A stretch of DNA of 64,000 nt from Verrucomicrobiota bacterium (GCA_047947115.1 CP170459.1:5664001-5728000); one strand, 5' to 3'; positions 41,437-51,590 are shown, numbered from the stretch's first letter. Made by a program: numbers and translations. Notes: generated by a model not told the origin, from the sequence alone.

Positions 41437-42405
41437 TCAAAGTCTGCTCCGTCTGGATTGCCACAAACCGGCCGCCCACAGCCCCAATGCAGGCAGCCCC
41501 ACCATCAATTCACGCCCCCGACGCGCCAATGACAAGGCCAATCCGTGACTGGCCGGAATACCCAGACTGGTCCCAATCAGCGTAAGTGTTCCTTCCTGAG
41601 CCCCCAGCCCCCCCGGGATCAGAAAGGCAGCCATTCGAATGGTTTGCCCAAGGCTCTCCAGAATCATGGCTTCAGTGTAATCAATCGGGTGCCCCATCAG
41701 GTAAAATATAAGATAAACCTCGCCTGCCATTCCCAATCGAAATCCCATCCGCCAGCAAAAAGCCCCTGCCAGTGATTTTGGTGATCGATACAAAACACGC
41801 ACCCGCTTATCCATCTCGGCAGCCACTCGCCCCAATATCTCCTTGTCGCCATGTTTCACCACTTTCTGAAGCAGGCGGGTCGACATCGAGAACAATCCCC
41901 GCTTCTGAGATCGTACCAGCAAAGTGCCGATCACCACCAAGGCAAGCAAGGCCAACACCCCACCCAACAAGATGGTCTTTTCAAAACGATGCATCATCAA
42001 CATCGACAACCCAAGCATCGCAAAGCAAATCTGAGTCAAAACCTGAAAGGTCTTGTCGACCACCATGGTGGCCCAGGGTTCAATACTTTTCTGAGGCGGC
42101 GCAATCAATTGAGCCTTGGCCACCTCGCCGCCAACCTGTGCCACCGGCAACAGCCAATTACAGGCCAATCCGATCCATGAAGCATAAAAGATTCGACCAA
42201 ACCCCGGATCATGGGACTTGGAAAACAAAACCCTCCATGCCTGCGCCGCGAAAGCAATCGGGATCACGTAATACAATGCAATCCAAACGCAGCGCCAGCC
42301 AAGATCACCGAGAAGCGGAACGACGGAAGCCCAGCCGATGTGCCGGAAAAGAAAGGCCAGCACAGCAACACCTGCGACCAGTGCGATAATTCGTGTACGA
42401 TTCAT
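41437..42405 (-). CDS. Lysylphosphatidylglycerol-synthase TM / flippase-like membrane protein (HpnL-like)
   Basis: NWLLPVAQVGGEVAK, AAFLIPGGLGAQEG, LARRGREL; multiple TM helices. Start at ATG 42405. Confidence 0.82.
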   Translation of the reverse strand: MNRTRIIALVAGVAVLAFLFRHIGWASVVPLLGDLGWRCVWIALYYVIPIAFAAQAWRVLFSKSHDPGFGRIFYASWIGLACNWLLPVAQVGGEVAKAQLIAPPQKSIEPWATMVVDKTFQVLTQICFAMLGLSMLMMHRFEKTILLGGVLALLALVVIGTLLVRSQKRGLFSMSTRLLQKVVKHGDKEILGRVAAEMDKRVRVLYRSPKSLAGAFCWRMGFRLGMAGEVYLIFYLMGHPIDYTEAMILESLGQTIRMAAFLIPGGLGAQEGTLTLIGTSLGIPASHGLALSLARRGRELMVGLPALGLWAAGLWQSRRSRL

Positions 42406-42412
42406 AAAGCAA

Positions 42413-42439
42413 GAGGATGCCCCCACCGGAGGCATCCTC
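42413..42439 (-). promoter_or_regulatory. Perfect 9-bp hairpin followed by TTGCTTT immediately before the start codon
   Basis: GAGGATGCC(42413-21)/GGCATCCTC(42431-39); ATG at 42405. Confidence 0.45.
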
Positions 42440-42572
42440 AGTTTCTTGCCGCACCCAGCATGGCGAATCGCACCAGATCCACGCAAGCTTCAGTTTTTTG
42501 AGGAACGCTTTTTGAGGCAGAAAATCAAAAAACCTGGAAAAAGTTTTTTTCAATACCGGTTCCCATCAAAGT

Positions 42573-42902
42573 CTATGGATGTTGCCATCCAAACAGAGAA
42601 TGCATGTTATGTGCCATGGAGGATTCCTCGTTCACATTCAGCCTTTTGGTCTTGAAGATATCATCCAGATCCGACAGCCGGGTGGTGACAGCCATTACCG
42701 GAATCCAGGCTTCGCTATAGGCAGTATATTCCTCCAATGACTCCGGAGGCGTCACAAAATGCAGTGAATTGCCATGATGATAAGGAAGCAACCACTGCAG
42801 GTGACGCAGGTTTTGTATTCGGTGTAATGCTTGTCGTGTGTGTTTTTTTTCAAGCTTGGCGGCATCATCTTCCGATAAAAACTGCTTCAAAAAAACAACC
42901 AC
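42573..42902 (-). CDS. Possible hypothetical protein or gene remnant
   Basis: 109-aa GTG ORF in a large intergenic gap; no recognisable motif. Confidence 0.25.
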   Translation of the reverse strand: MVVFLKQFLSEDDAAKLEKKHTRQALHRIQNLRHLQWLLPYHHGNSLHFVTPPESLEEYTAYSEAWIPVMAVTTRLSDLDDIFKTKRLNVNEESSMAHNMHSLFGWQHP

Positions 42903-43127
42903 AGCCCAACAAGGGGCTATACTGCCTACGCCTCAACACCCGCCCCACAATGGCTCGACACAATCATCCAAACTGACCGAAAACGGACGATGAAACAGGC
43001 AAGAACGCACACCACGAGAAGCGAGCGCTGAATCCAGAGCTTGCGGCAAGCCGAAGGTGTTAGTATTGCTGCGGAGCTTCCATTACAATTCGATAACTGT
43101 TCGAATGCTAACTGGTTTGAAGCAGGT

Positions 43128-46067
43128 TCAAGAGGGAGCTTGCCCCATTTTGGAAAGCATGGGCTTGAGGTAGCGACCGGTGTAGCTTTTTTCCACTTCT
43201 GCAACGTCTTCTGGAGTTCCTTCGGCCACGATTTCCCCACCAAGAGTGCCTCCTTCGGGGCCCAGGTCGATGATCCAGTCGGCGGTTTTGATCACATCCA
43301 GATTGTGTTCAATGATCACCAGTGTATTGCCGGATTGTCGCAAACGATTCATCACCCCCAACAAGGTGGACACGTCATGAAAGTGCAGTCCGGTAGTGGG
43401 TTCATCAAAGATGTAAAGCGTACGTCCCGAAGACCGTCTACCAAGTTCAGCCGCCAGTTTCACACGCTGAGCTTCACCTCCGCTGAGGGTCGTGGCGGAT
43501 TGCCCAAGCTTCAGGTAACCCAATCCCACCTCGGCAAAAGTCAGGCAGGGTTCACAAATTTTAGGAACAGCGCGAAAAAAAGTAGCTGCCTCGTCAATGG
43601 TCATGTCGAGCACATCCGCGATGGTTCGCCCCTTGTAATTGATCTCGAGTGTCTCACGATTGTACCGCTTGCCCTGGCACACTTCGCAGGTCACATAAAC
43701 GGAAGGCAGGAAATGCATCTCTATCTTGAGCAATCCATCGCCCTGACATTTTTCGCATCGCCCTCCCTTAACATTGAAACTGAATCGACTGGATTCGTAT
43801 CCCCTGATCCGTGAAGAGGGCAACCGCGCAAACAGATCGCGAATCTGATTAAAAATCCCGGTATAGGTTGCGGGATTGCTGCGCGGCGTGCGTCCGATGG
43901 GGCTTTGGTCCATGACGATGATTTTGGAAAATTTCTCGTCGCCGTAAATAGCCTGGTGTTTGCCCGGGCGATCCTTGGCTCCATACCATTTTCGCATCAG
44001 CGTCTTCCGAAGAATGTCATCGATCAAAGTGCTTTTCCCGGATCCACTGACTCCCGTCACACAGGTCATCACCCCCAACGGAATCCGCACATCGATGTTT
44101 TTCAGATTGTTTTCTTCGGCGCCCTTGATGGTCAACCAGCCTTTATCTGGCGTGGGTGGAATCCTGTTGGCGGGTACGTCAATGGCATATTCTCCCGACA
44201 AATATTTTCCAGTGAAAGAAGCTTTGGACTTTATAATATCATCGATGGAACCATGCGCCACCACTTCGCCTCCATGCGCTCCGGCACCAGGGCCCACATC
44301 GACCAGGTAATCGGCTTTGCGTATCGTGTCTTCATCATGCTCCACGACCAGCACCGAATTCCCCAGATCACGCAATCGAATCAACGTTTCCAACAAACGA
44401 TCATTGTCGCGCTGATGCAGTCCGATACTGGGTTCGTCCAAAATATAAAGCACCCCCACCAAACCGCCGCCGATCTGTGTGGCAAGCCGGATGCGTTGGG
44501 CTTCGCCGCCGCTGAGGGTGCCGCTTTCGCGATCCAGATTGAGGTAACCCAGTCCCACTTCGTTTAGAAACCGCAAACGGGAAAGGATCTCCTTGATGAG
44601 ATCGCCAGCCACTTTGCTCTGAAATTCGGTCAGGTTCAGCCCTTCAAAAAACAGTTGTGCCCGTTCAATGGTCAGGTGACACACATCCATGATGGACAAA
44701 CCCGGAATATCCGGAAAAGCGAGTTTGGAAGCTCCACCCTTTCGAACAAAATCAACATCCCCCAAAGTTGCCGCCAGCACTTCTGGGCGGAGACGCAATC
44801 CTTGACATTGATCACAGGCCACTGGGCTCATGTAGGATTTGAGACGGTTTCGACTGGTGTCACTCTCGCTTTCCTCGAATTGTCGTTCAAGCATGGGAAT
44901 GACCCCTTCGAAAGCACGTTTTTGGACCCGACGAGTAGAGCCTTTTCCGACTTGAAAGGAAATTTGCTCGCCCCCTGAACCGTATAAAAGCACTTCGCGA
45001 AACGTAGCTTTCAAGTTCTTGAATGGCGCATCCATGCGTTGGCCATAGTGTGAGGCCAGGTCCTTGACCAGAGTGTCGTAGAATAAAATCTGGGTCTTGG
45101 CCACTTTCCTTAACGGAAGAATGGCACCATCGGCGAGGGATTTTTTGGGATCGGGAATGACCAGGTCCGGATCAAATTCCATTTGCTGTCCAAGTCCGTG
45201 ACACGATTCACAAGCCCCGGAGAGGGAGTTGAAAGAAAAATGCTTTGCCTCGAGGCGTTCATACGTTTTGCCTGTTTCGGGACTGTATAGCCTGTTGGAT
45301 CGAGTGCGTTCCTCCCACACCTCCTGATCCCGATTTTCAGGTGTTTGCACCAATAGCAGCACGACGCCACCGCCCCAGCGCAGAGCCGTTTCGATGGAAT
45401 CCGCCAGACGCACCCTCACCTTGTCCTGCACCACCAGTCGATCCACCACCACATCGACCGATTGAAAGCCTCCGGCTTCCAACACAGACGGAGGCAAGGC
45501 TCCCAGGTCGTAATACTCACCATCCATGCGCACACGCACAAACCCCTCTCTGGCCAGGCGGTCGAGCGTAGGCTTGACCGGTTCCTCTTGAAAGAACGTC
45601 ACGGGAGCCAACAACATGACACGCGTTCGCTCGGGCGAGCGCATGACCTCATCCACGATATCCGAAGTCGTCTGATGGTGGATGGGCTTTCCCGTCTCCG
45701 GACAATAGGGTTGTGCCACGTTGGCAAAGAGCAAACGAAGATAATCAAAAATCTCCGTTGTCGTAGCAATGGTGGAGCGTGGATTGCTCGCCGTGCCGCG
45801 TTGTTCGATGGCAATGGCGGGTGAAAGTCCCTCGATGTAGTCCACGTCAGGTTTCTGCATTTGATCCAGGAACTGCCGGGCATAGGACGAAAGGGATTCG
45901 ACATACTTGCGGCGGCCTTCGGCGAAAATCGTATCAAAGGCAAGGGAAGATTTTCCCGAACCACTTAATCCGGTAAAAACCACCAGTCGATTGCGGGGAA
46001 GATTCAGGGAAACATTCTTCAGATTATGTTCCCTGGCTCCCCCGATGCGTATCCATTCCTGACCCAT
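43128..46067 (-). CDS. uvrA: Excinuclease ABC subunit A
   Basis: [60 protein letters not shown]...[12 protein letters not shown]. Start at ATG 46067. Confidence 0.97.
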   Translation of the reverse strand: MGQEWIRIGGAREHNLKNVSLNLPRNRLVVFTGLSGSGKSSLAFDTIFAEGRRKYVESLSSYARQFLDQMQKPDVDYIEGLSPAIAIEQRGTASNPRSTIATTTEIFDYLRLLFANVAQPYCPETGKPIHHQTTSDIVDEVMRSPERTRVMLLAPVTFFQEEPVKPTLDRLAREGFVRVRMDGEYYDLGALPPSVLEAGGFQSVDVVVDRLVVQDKVRVRLADSIETALRWGGGVVLLLVQTPENRDQEVWEERTRSNRLYSPETGKTYERLEAKHFSFNSLSGACESCHGLGQQMEFDPDLVIPDPKKSLADGAILPLRKVAKTQILFYDTLVKDLASHYGQRMDAPFKNLKATFREVLLYGSGGEQISFQVGKGSTRRVQKRAFEGVIPMLERQFEESESDTSRNRLKSYMSPVACDQCQGLRLRPEVLAATLGDVDFVRKGGASKLAFPDIPGLSIMDVCHLTIERAQLFFEGLNLTEFQSKVAGDLIKEILSRLRFLNEVGLGYLNLDRESGTLSGGEAQRIRLATQIGGGLVGVLYILDEPSIGLHQRDNDRLLETLIRLRDLGNSVLVVEHDEDTIRKADYLVDVGPGAGAHGGEVVAHGSIDDIIKSKASFTGKYLSGEYAIDVPANRIPPTPDKGWLTIKGAEENNLKNIDVRIPLGVMTCVTGVSGSGKSTLIDDILRKTLMRKWYGAKDRPGKHQAIYGDEKFSKIIVMDQSPIGRTPRSNPATYTGIFNQIRDLFARLPSSRIRGYESSRFSFNVKGGRCEKCQGDGLLKIEMHFLPSVYVTCEVCQGKRYNRETLEINYKGRTIADVLDMTIDEAATFFRAVPKICEPCLTFAEVGLGYLKLGQSATTLSGGEAQRVKLAAELGRRSSGRTLYIFDEPTTGLHFHDVSTLLGVMNRLRQSGNTLVIIEHNLDVIKTADWIIDLGPEGGTLGGEIVAEGTPEDVAEVEKSYTGRYLKPMLSKMGQAPS

Positions 46068-46105
46068 AAAGCAAGATTTCAGAACCCGGGTGAAGGACGA
46101 GCCTA

Positions 46106-46119
46106 TGTTTTCGGGAACG
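46106..46119. promoter_or_regulatory. Possible LexA (SOS) box upstream of uvrA
   Basis: TGTTT-TCGG-GAACG; 2 mismatches to the TGTTC-N4-GAACA palindrome described for Verrucomicrobia LexA; about 40 nt upstream of the start. Confidence 0.35.
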
Positions 46120-46225
46120 AGAGGACAAGAATTTGATTCCCAAAAACACGAGGACAAAATCCGTCTGGCTCCATACGATTCGAAACATCCATAAAACCAA
46201 TAGGGAAAGTCCACGAACGGGCGAA

Positions 46226-46490
46226 CCTGCCTACCCAACGCCCCTCAGCAGGCAGGAAGTGTGGTCCCCGGCGTGTCTCCTTGTGGTAAGCACCCTCTTT
46301 TTGCTCTCCGTTTGGAGAATCCAAGGGTTTATAAATGCCAGTTTTAGCTACAAAAGCAAAGAAAAGGAGTTTTGATGCTTCAATCACGCAAGGGTTTTTC
46401 TTTGGTTGGCATTTAAAACTGGCACACCACAAGAGACAGACTGGAACAATCAGCACTACCCGTCACCCAAGAAGGGACCATCCTGCCTGT
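46226..46490 (-). ncRNA. Candidate multi-stem structured RNA or palindromic element, family unknown
   Basis: Nested inverted repeats 46249-68/46474-89, 46274-88/46425-38, 46336-46/46414-24, 46357-65/46396-404, plus a side hairpin 46292-46328. Most mismatches become G-U pairs on the minus strand. Confidence 0.55.
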
Positions 46491-46512
46491 CATGAAATAT
46501 TGAACCAAGCTC

Positions 46513-46544
46513 AAAAAAAACCGCCGTATAAACGGCGGTTTTTT
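46513..46544. terminator. Intrinsic terminator downstream of greA (bidirectional geometry)
   Basis: A8-CCGCCGT-ataa-ACGGCGG-T6. Confidence 0.9.
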
Positions 46545-46574
46545 CTTGTTAAAGATGACTGATTAAAATGTGTA

Positions 46575-48473
46575 TCAGGCCTCGGAGGCACCTTTTTCAC
46601 TAGTCTGAGCAACGGTCGTATCCCCTTCGTCATGCAGTCCCGCATGCTTGAACTTGTGCTGGTGAGGCTCGATCGAGTTGATCCGATACTTTTTCACCAT
46701 GTGATCCTGCTCCAGATCGACTTCCTCTCCGGCTTTTTTACCGAGAAGGATCTTGGCCAAAGGCGACAAATAACTGATGATGCCACCTTCCGGATCGGAG
46801 TCCCATGCTCCCAGAATGGTGTAAGATTCCTCACTGCCATGGGACAAGTCGGTCACCTTGACCAAGGTTCCGGGATTGACCGTGTCAGTGGAAACATCTG
46901 AAAAGTCGGTTCCTCGAGCACGGGTCAAGTCGGCTTCCAGTTCGGCTTTTCGATTCATCAGAAGCTTCTGCATTTCCTTGGCAGCCTTGTATTCATGGTT
47001 TTCACGCAAGTCACCATAACTACGGGCCACGGCAATTTCCTTGGAGTTCTCGGGGATCTTCTTCTGGACCAACTCGGTGTATTCTTTACGGCGACGCAAC
47101 AAACTGTCCCAGGAAACAAGCAATCCACGGTCTTCTGAAGCGGATTGTTCACCGGAGATAAGGGCTTGAATGGCCGGGTAACATTTAACGATACGACCAA
47201 GCAACGAACGCTTGTCCATATCATCAAAACAGGAACTGAACTGAAGCGCGCGGGTCAGGTCTTTGACCACTTCCAAATCAGCGGTTTCGATCAATTCTGG
47301 AATCAAATCCTGATCTCCCATGATGAAATCGTTCAAACGACTGGTTTTCTTTTCGTTGAACTGATCGCGCTCCATGGCCGTGATCATGGCGCGGAACACC
47401 TCGGGCCCAAGGATATCGGCAAATGTATCCGATCGAGATTTGCCGAGCCAAAGCAGCAATTCACTGCTTGCCTGATGTTGATTGACCAGTCGCGACAGGG
47501 ATTCCTTCACTTCTTCCTGACGACCTTCGTCGATGAGCAGATTCACAATCTCGCCCACCAGCTTCATCTGACTGTTGTTTTTGAGTTCCAACAAGTCCTC
47601 CACCCAAGTTTCAGGATGATGAATTTTGTAAGAATTCAAGGCCAGCTTGTTGCGGGTTGCCGGCAGGGCGTCCATAAAAGCGGCCAAGTCTTCCACCAAC
47701 TCCCAGATAGTGCCGTCCTCAATCTGCCCCTCCACGGGTTCTTTTCGCAATCCCTCGCGCAAATCATTGCGGGCAAAAATGGCATCGAGTGTCAGCTCAG
47801 GCTGGTTCTTGACATAATTTGGAATTTCAGAATCCAACAGGTCCATGGATTCCTGGAAGGTATCGGTCACATTCTCGATGTCATCCTGACTCTTGAGAAT
47901 TTCCATGGCAACCACCAGCTTGGCTTTCAAGCCCCGCGCAGCACGCATGTCACCCAACAGACGATCTTGCAGCGAAACTACTTCTTCATTGTATTCAATG
48001 GGTTCGGCTTTCTTGACCGGCACCCGGAAATGACCGTCTTTTTTGAGCTCCTTACGTACGGCTTCCCACCACTTGCGCCAGTCGTCTTCAATGACGTCCG
48101 GAACCAGCGAAGACTGAATCTGAGCCACCGTCGCCTTGCCGCCGTAGCTCTTCAAGACCAGCTTGATCAGATCCATATGATTCACCGCAGCCATCTCGCG
48201 CAGTCCTGCCAGGTCGGTGGCTACTTTTACCTGAATGTGATCTTTGGCCAAAGGGGTCAGTGTCTTGGCTGAAAACCCAAGATCCATCGCATGCCCCGGT
48301 TTATCAGGGAAATCGATCAAAAATCGCGAAAATACCGTATCCACCGTGGTGATCTTCCCAAGCCCCCATGTACGATGGGTGCAATACCCACTTTCAGTCA
48401 GTTGTACCAAGGCTTCCAGATCCTTGGCTCTTATCTTCCCTTCTGAGGCCAACTTTTCAAATTCCTCTCTCAT
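46575..48473 (-). CDS. greA: GreA/GreB-family elongation factor, long PVC-type form
   Basis: C-terminal Gre domain ENSKEIAVARSYGDLRENHEYKAAKE, YTILGAWDSDP..GIISYLSPLA; ~450-aa N-terminal extension; GAGGA SD. Confidence 0.9.
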   Translation of the reverse strand: MREEFEKLASEGKIRAKDLEALVQLTESGYCTHRTWGLGKITTVDTVFSRFLIDFPDKPGHAMDLGFSAKTLTPLAKDHIQVKVATDLAGLREMAAVNHMDLIKLVLKSYGGKATVAQIQSSLVPDVIEDDWRKWWEAVRKELKKDGHFRVPVKKAEPIEYNEEVVSLQDRLLGDMRAARGLKAKLVVAMEILKSQDDIENVTDTFQESMDLLDSEIPNYVKNQPELTLDAIFARNDLREGLRKEPVEGQIEDGTIWELVEDLAAFMDALPATRNKLALNSYKIHHPETWVEDLLELKNNSQMKLVGEIVNLLIDEGRQEEVKESLSRLVNQHQASSELLLWLGKSRSDTFADILGPEVFRAMITAMERDQFNEKKTSRLNDFIMGDQDLIPELIETADLEVVKDLTRALQFSSCFDDMDKRSLLGRIVKCYPAIQALISGEQSASEDRGLLVSWDSLLRRRKEYTELVQKKIPENSKEIAVARSYGDLRENHEYKAAKEMQKLLMNRKAELEADLTRARGTDFSDVSTDTVNPGTLVKVTDLSHGSEESYTILGAWDSDPEGGIISYLSPLAKILLGKKAGEEVDLEQDHMVKKYRINSIEPHQHKFKHAGLHDEGDTTVAQTSEKGASEA

Positions 48474-48525
48474 AGTCCTCGTAAATTGCTCGCTTCAAAC
48501 GTCGAAATGCCATTATTACTCAGAC

Positions 48526-49827
48526 ATGCAACAAAAACCAAGACAAATTGCGGCCTGGATTCTCTTTGACTGGGAATCAGGCACCGGATTTGCGGAAAAC
48601 ATCATGCGCCAGGCGCTCACCGGTTCCAAGCTCAAAGCAATTGACCGCCACCTGGTTCAGGAAATGGTTTACGGCGTGGCGCGCAACCTGATGCTGCTCG
48701 ACACCTGGATCGATGAAAAATCTAATCAACCTCCAGGAAAAACACGCGCCCGCAATATGTTGCGACTCGGACTTTACCAACTGGCGTTCATGGATCGCAT
48801 CCCGGACCACGCAGCCGTCCACGAAACGGTTGCCACGGCCCGCCAGCTCGGACTCAATACCCAGGCCGGATTCATCAACGCCATCTTGCGGGGATTTCTC
48901 AGGCAAAAAAACCGGCATCTGGAAGACCTGGCACAATGGAAAACAACTCAACCCCACCTGGCCTGGTCCCACCCCGAGTGGCTCGTCCGATCATGGAACC
49001 AAGCCTTTGGAAAAGAAAACACCGCCCAACTCCTCGAATGGAACAACACCATCCCGGAGGTCTATGCCCGTTGGAACCCATTAAAGGGAAGTCTGGATCA
49101 ACTGGAATCCATGTGGGACGAAGAGAAGGTAGTGCGTAAAAACACGTCCTTTCCCTGGACCGAAGGGATGCACCTGTTCAAAATCCTCAGCTTTCCTTCT
49201 TCCCCGGAAAAACTGGACAGCTTTCAAAAGGGACTGTTCTACATTCAGGATCCCAGCACCTTGCTGGCCGTAAAAATGATGGATGCCCAACCTGAAAGGA
49301 ACATCCTGGACTACTGCGCCGCCCCGGGTGGAAAAACCTCCGCCATGGCGGCTTCCATGAAACAGACCGGACACATCCTGGCCACCGACCCGGATCCCGG
49401 CAGACTGCGTCGATTGAAAGACAACCTGTATCGCCTGGGAGTCCAAAATGCCGATATGGCAGAAAACCCGGAAACCGACTCCGCACAGGAAGACAAACGA
49501 TACGACGCTATCCTTGTGGACGCTCCCTGCTCCAACACGGGGGTAATGCGTCGCAGACTGGATGTCCGGTGGCGCCTGACCGAAGACGAAATACGAACCA
49601 TTACCGAGCAACAAGCAGGCATACTCCAACAAGCTTCCACCTACCTGAAACCGGGTGGAAAAATTGTTTACAGCACCTGCAGCCTGGAAGCCGAAGAAAA
49701 CGGAGCCATCGTCTCCCAATTTCTAAAAGACAACCCAGCATTCAAATTAACCGATCAACAACAACTCACTCCATTTGAAGACGGAGTCGATGGAGCCTAC
49801 GCCGCCACTTTGAAAAAAGCGCAATAG
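48526..49827 (+). CDS. rsmB: 16S rRNA (cytosine-C5)-methyltransferase RsmB/Sun
   Basis: NusB-like N-terminus (LRLGLYQL...HAAVHETV, FINAILR), SHPEW, YIQD, DYCAAPGGKT, DAPCSNTG, YSTCS. Start at ATG 48526. Confidence 0.92.
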   Translation: MQQKPRQIAAWILFDWESGTGFAENIMRQALTGSKLKAIDRHLVQEMVYGVARNLMLLDTWIDEKSNQPPGKTRARNMLRLGLYQLAFMDRIPDHAAVHETVATARQLGLNTQAGFINAILRGFLRQKNRHLEDLAQWKTTQPHLAWSHPEWLVRSWNQAFGKENTAQLLEWNNTIPEVYARWNPLKGSLDQLESMWDEEKVVRKNTSFPWTEGMHLFKILSFPSSPEKLDSFQKGLFYIQDPSTLLAVKMMDAQPERNILDYCAAPGGKTSAMAASMKQTGHILATDPDPGRLRRLKDNLYRLGVQNADMAENPETDSAQEDKRYDAILVDAPCSNTGVMRRRLDVRWRLTEDEIRTITEQQAGILQQASTYLKPGGKIVYSTCSLEAEENGAIVSQFLKDNPAFKLTDQQQLTPFEDGVDGAYAATLKKAQ

Positions 49828-49980
49828 GAGGAACTATCCGGGGACTATCGCGAAGAACAGACTTAAAACCATGCACTGAACGGAGAAGGTCCTTTCTAAG
49901 CCCCGGAACACACACGCTTGCGGATCTGGAAAAAACACTCCAACCTTGCTCCACCTTTGTTTTGTGAAGATGAGTGGACC

Positions 49981-51222
49981 TTATTTTCTGCTTCGATGTT
50001 GAGGCGTTGCGAATCCAGTCGGTTTGCGCTCGATGACATTGGCGAGACAGCGAATCGCTCCGTTCAAATGAAAAACCGTGGATACGTTGATAGTTCGCAC
50101 TTCGAACCCTTTTGATTCATATACTTTTCGGGCCGCGTTATCCAATGCGTCAAGATGGTAAACGGGCATGTAAACAATGGCATGCCCTCTCCGAAAATCC
50201 ATCAGCACGTTATTGTAAGTCACCATCCATTCATTATCCCCGGCGAAGACCCCGGGGAGACGATCAACTTCAAGTCCCTGTTGTTGAATGGCTTGACTGA
50301 TTTGATCAAATTGATCACTCAACCGGTCGTCATGCATGAAAAACAATACGCCGCGATCCACCCCTTCCACTTCAGGGTAAGACAAACTCCCCTCGGTCAC
50401 CCCCTCCAGCAGTTGGGTTCCAAGCCTGGGGTCGGCAAGCAAGGTCTTGTTTCCGGGCAGAGGTGTCAGATACATGTCTGCATGAGATTTTGGAACATTG
50501 CCATCCTCATCCTGCAGAAAAACCACATCCTTACCCAACGCCTTCCCCAGCCAGCCTCGAATATCCTCCGCTTGCATCCCTGAAACAAGGTTGTCCGTAA
50601 TGGCGTTGAATCCGACAAAAACATGGTCGGATCCCCCCACAACATTCCCCCCCTCCAAATGCAGAGGCAGCGAAAAATTTCCAACCATTACGCCCTGATC
50701 GCTCATTGACTGAAAGACCTCCAGATCCTTCCATTCTTCTTCCCGATACCAATCGGCGCCCAGAGGCAACAAACTGGAAGCTGGTTTAAAATCAGCGCGC
50801 ATGCGGGCAATGATCCGGTCACGCGACCAGGCCGAGGTCAAAAAACCAACTTCAAGAAACTGGATCGCGCGAGGTTTTCGGCTCAACGGTTCTCGAAACC
50901 GCTTCCTGAAATCGTCGATTGATACCGAGTCTGCCGCGCACACCACGATGCCGATTTCCACCGGCAACTGGTTGAGCAAATCCTGATAGGGCGGGCTGAC
51001 ACTCGGAGCGTCAGAGACGGAATAAAGCAAAAGAATTCTGGAGATGGCCCCACTGGCATCATCCAGGACACGGGGTTGAAATTCCGGCAAGGCCAGACGG
51101 TGAACCACCGGAGTCGATGTGATTGCTTTGGGCTTCAGTCCGGAAACCACCCCGCCCAGTGCCGAAACATGAGCCCCATGGGCAACAACCAACAAAGCGG
51201 CCAAACAAGAGAACCATTTCAT
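49981..51222 (-). CDS. Exported pentein-superfamily enzyme (agmatine/peptidylarginine deiminase-like)
   Basis: Signal peptide; WSRD, LEGGN, HADMY and GAIRC catalytic motifs. Confidence 0.75.
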   Translation of the reverse strand: MKWFSCLAALLVVAHGAHVSALGGVVSGLKPKAITSTPVVHRLALPEFQPRVLDDASGAISRILLLYSVSDAPSVSPPYQDLLNQLPVEIGIVVCAADSVSIDDFRKRFREPLSRKPRAIQFLEVGFLTSAWSRDRIIARMRADFKPASSLLPLGADWYREEEWKDLEVFQSMSDQGVMVGNFSLPLHLEGGNVVGGSDHVFVGFNAITDNLVSGMQAEDIRGWLGKALGKDVVFLQDEDGNVPKSHADMYLTPLPGNKTLLADPRLGTQLLEGVTEGSLSYPEVEGVDRGVLFFMHDDRLSDQFDQISQAIQQQGLEVDRLPGVFAGDNEWMVTYNNVLMDFRRGHAIVYMPVYHLDALDNAARKVYESKGFEVRTINVSTVFHLNGAIRCLANVIERKPTGFATPQHRSRK

Positions 51223-51251
51223 AAACCGGGATTAAACCGCGACTCAAAGCA

Positions 51252-51584
51252 TCAGGGTTGGGCATCTGCAGTATTAAGAAACACGGTGTGTGACCGGTGA
51301 TCCAAATAGTCCTGAGCCTGCTCAAATAAAACGACACCGCCCCAACAAAGGAAGCAAAGCAACAAAGTGAACCCGATCACCCGCATCCCTTGCACCAGCC
51401 AAAGGGAATTCTGCTGCCGAGCGCGGCGAATGGCCAATTCAGGATCCAAAGCGCTACGCCTGGGATGACGATTCATGGGACGAGAAACATCGGAGCCGGA
51501 AGAAGTATCCCTGGCTGCCAGTTGGGCTTCCAATTGTTCCACTCTTTTTTCCAGCCGCTCAACTCGTTCCTCAAGAGGATTCAT
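51252..51584 (-). CDS. Small coiled-coil + TM hypothetical protein
   Basis: LEERVERLEKRVEQLE heptads, one TM helix, promoter-like element upstream. Confidence 0.7.
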   Translation of the reverse strand: MNPLEERVERLEKRVEQLEAQLAARDTSSGSDVSRPMNRHPRRSALDPELAIRRARQQNSLWLVQGMRVIGFTLLLCFLCWGGVVLFEQAQDYLDHRSHTVFLNTADAQP

Positions 51585-51590
51585 GTCGCC

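Noticed and set aside
42972..42996. CTGACCGA...GAAAC resembling a hammerhead core
   Set aside because: It does not match CUGANGA, and the flanking stems are missing.
46204..46212. GGAAAGTCC resembling the RNase P RNA P4 signature
   Set aside because: The matching 3' conserved segment (ACAGAA...GGCUUA) and the P1-P3 context were not found.
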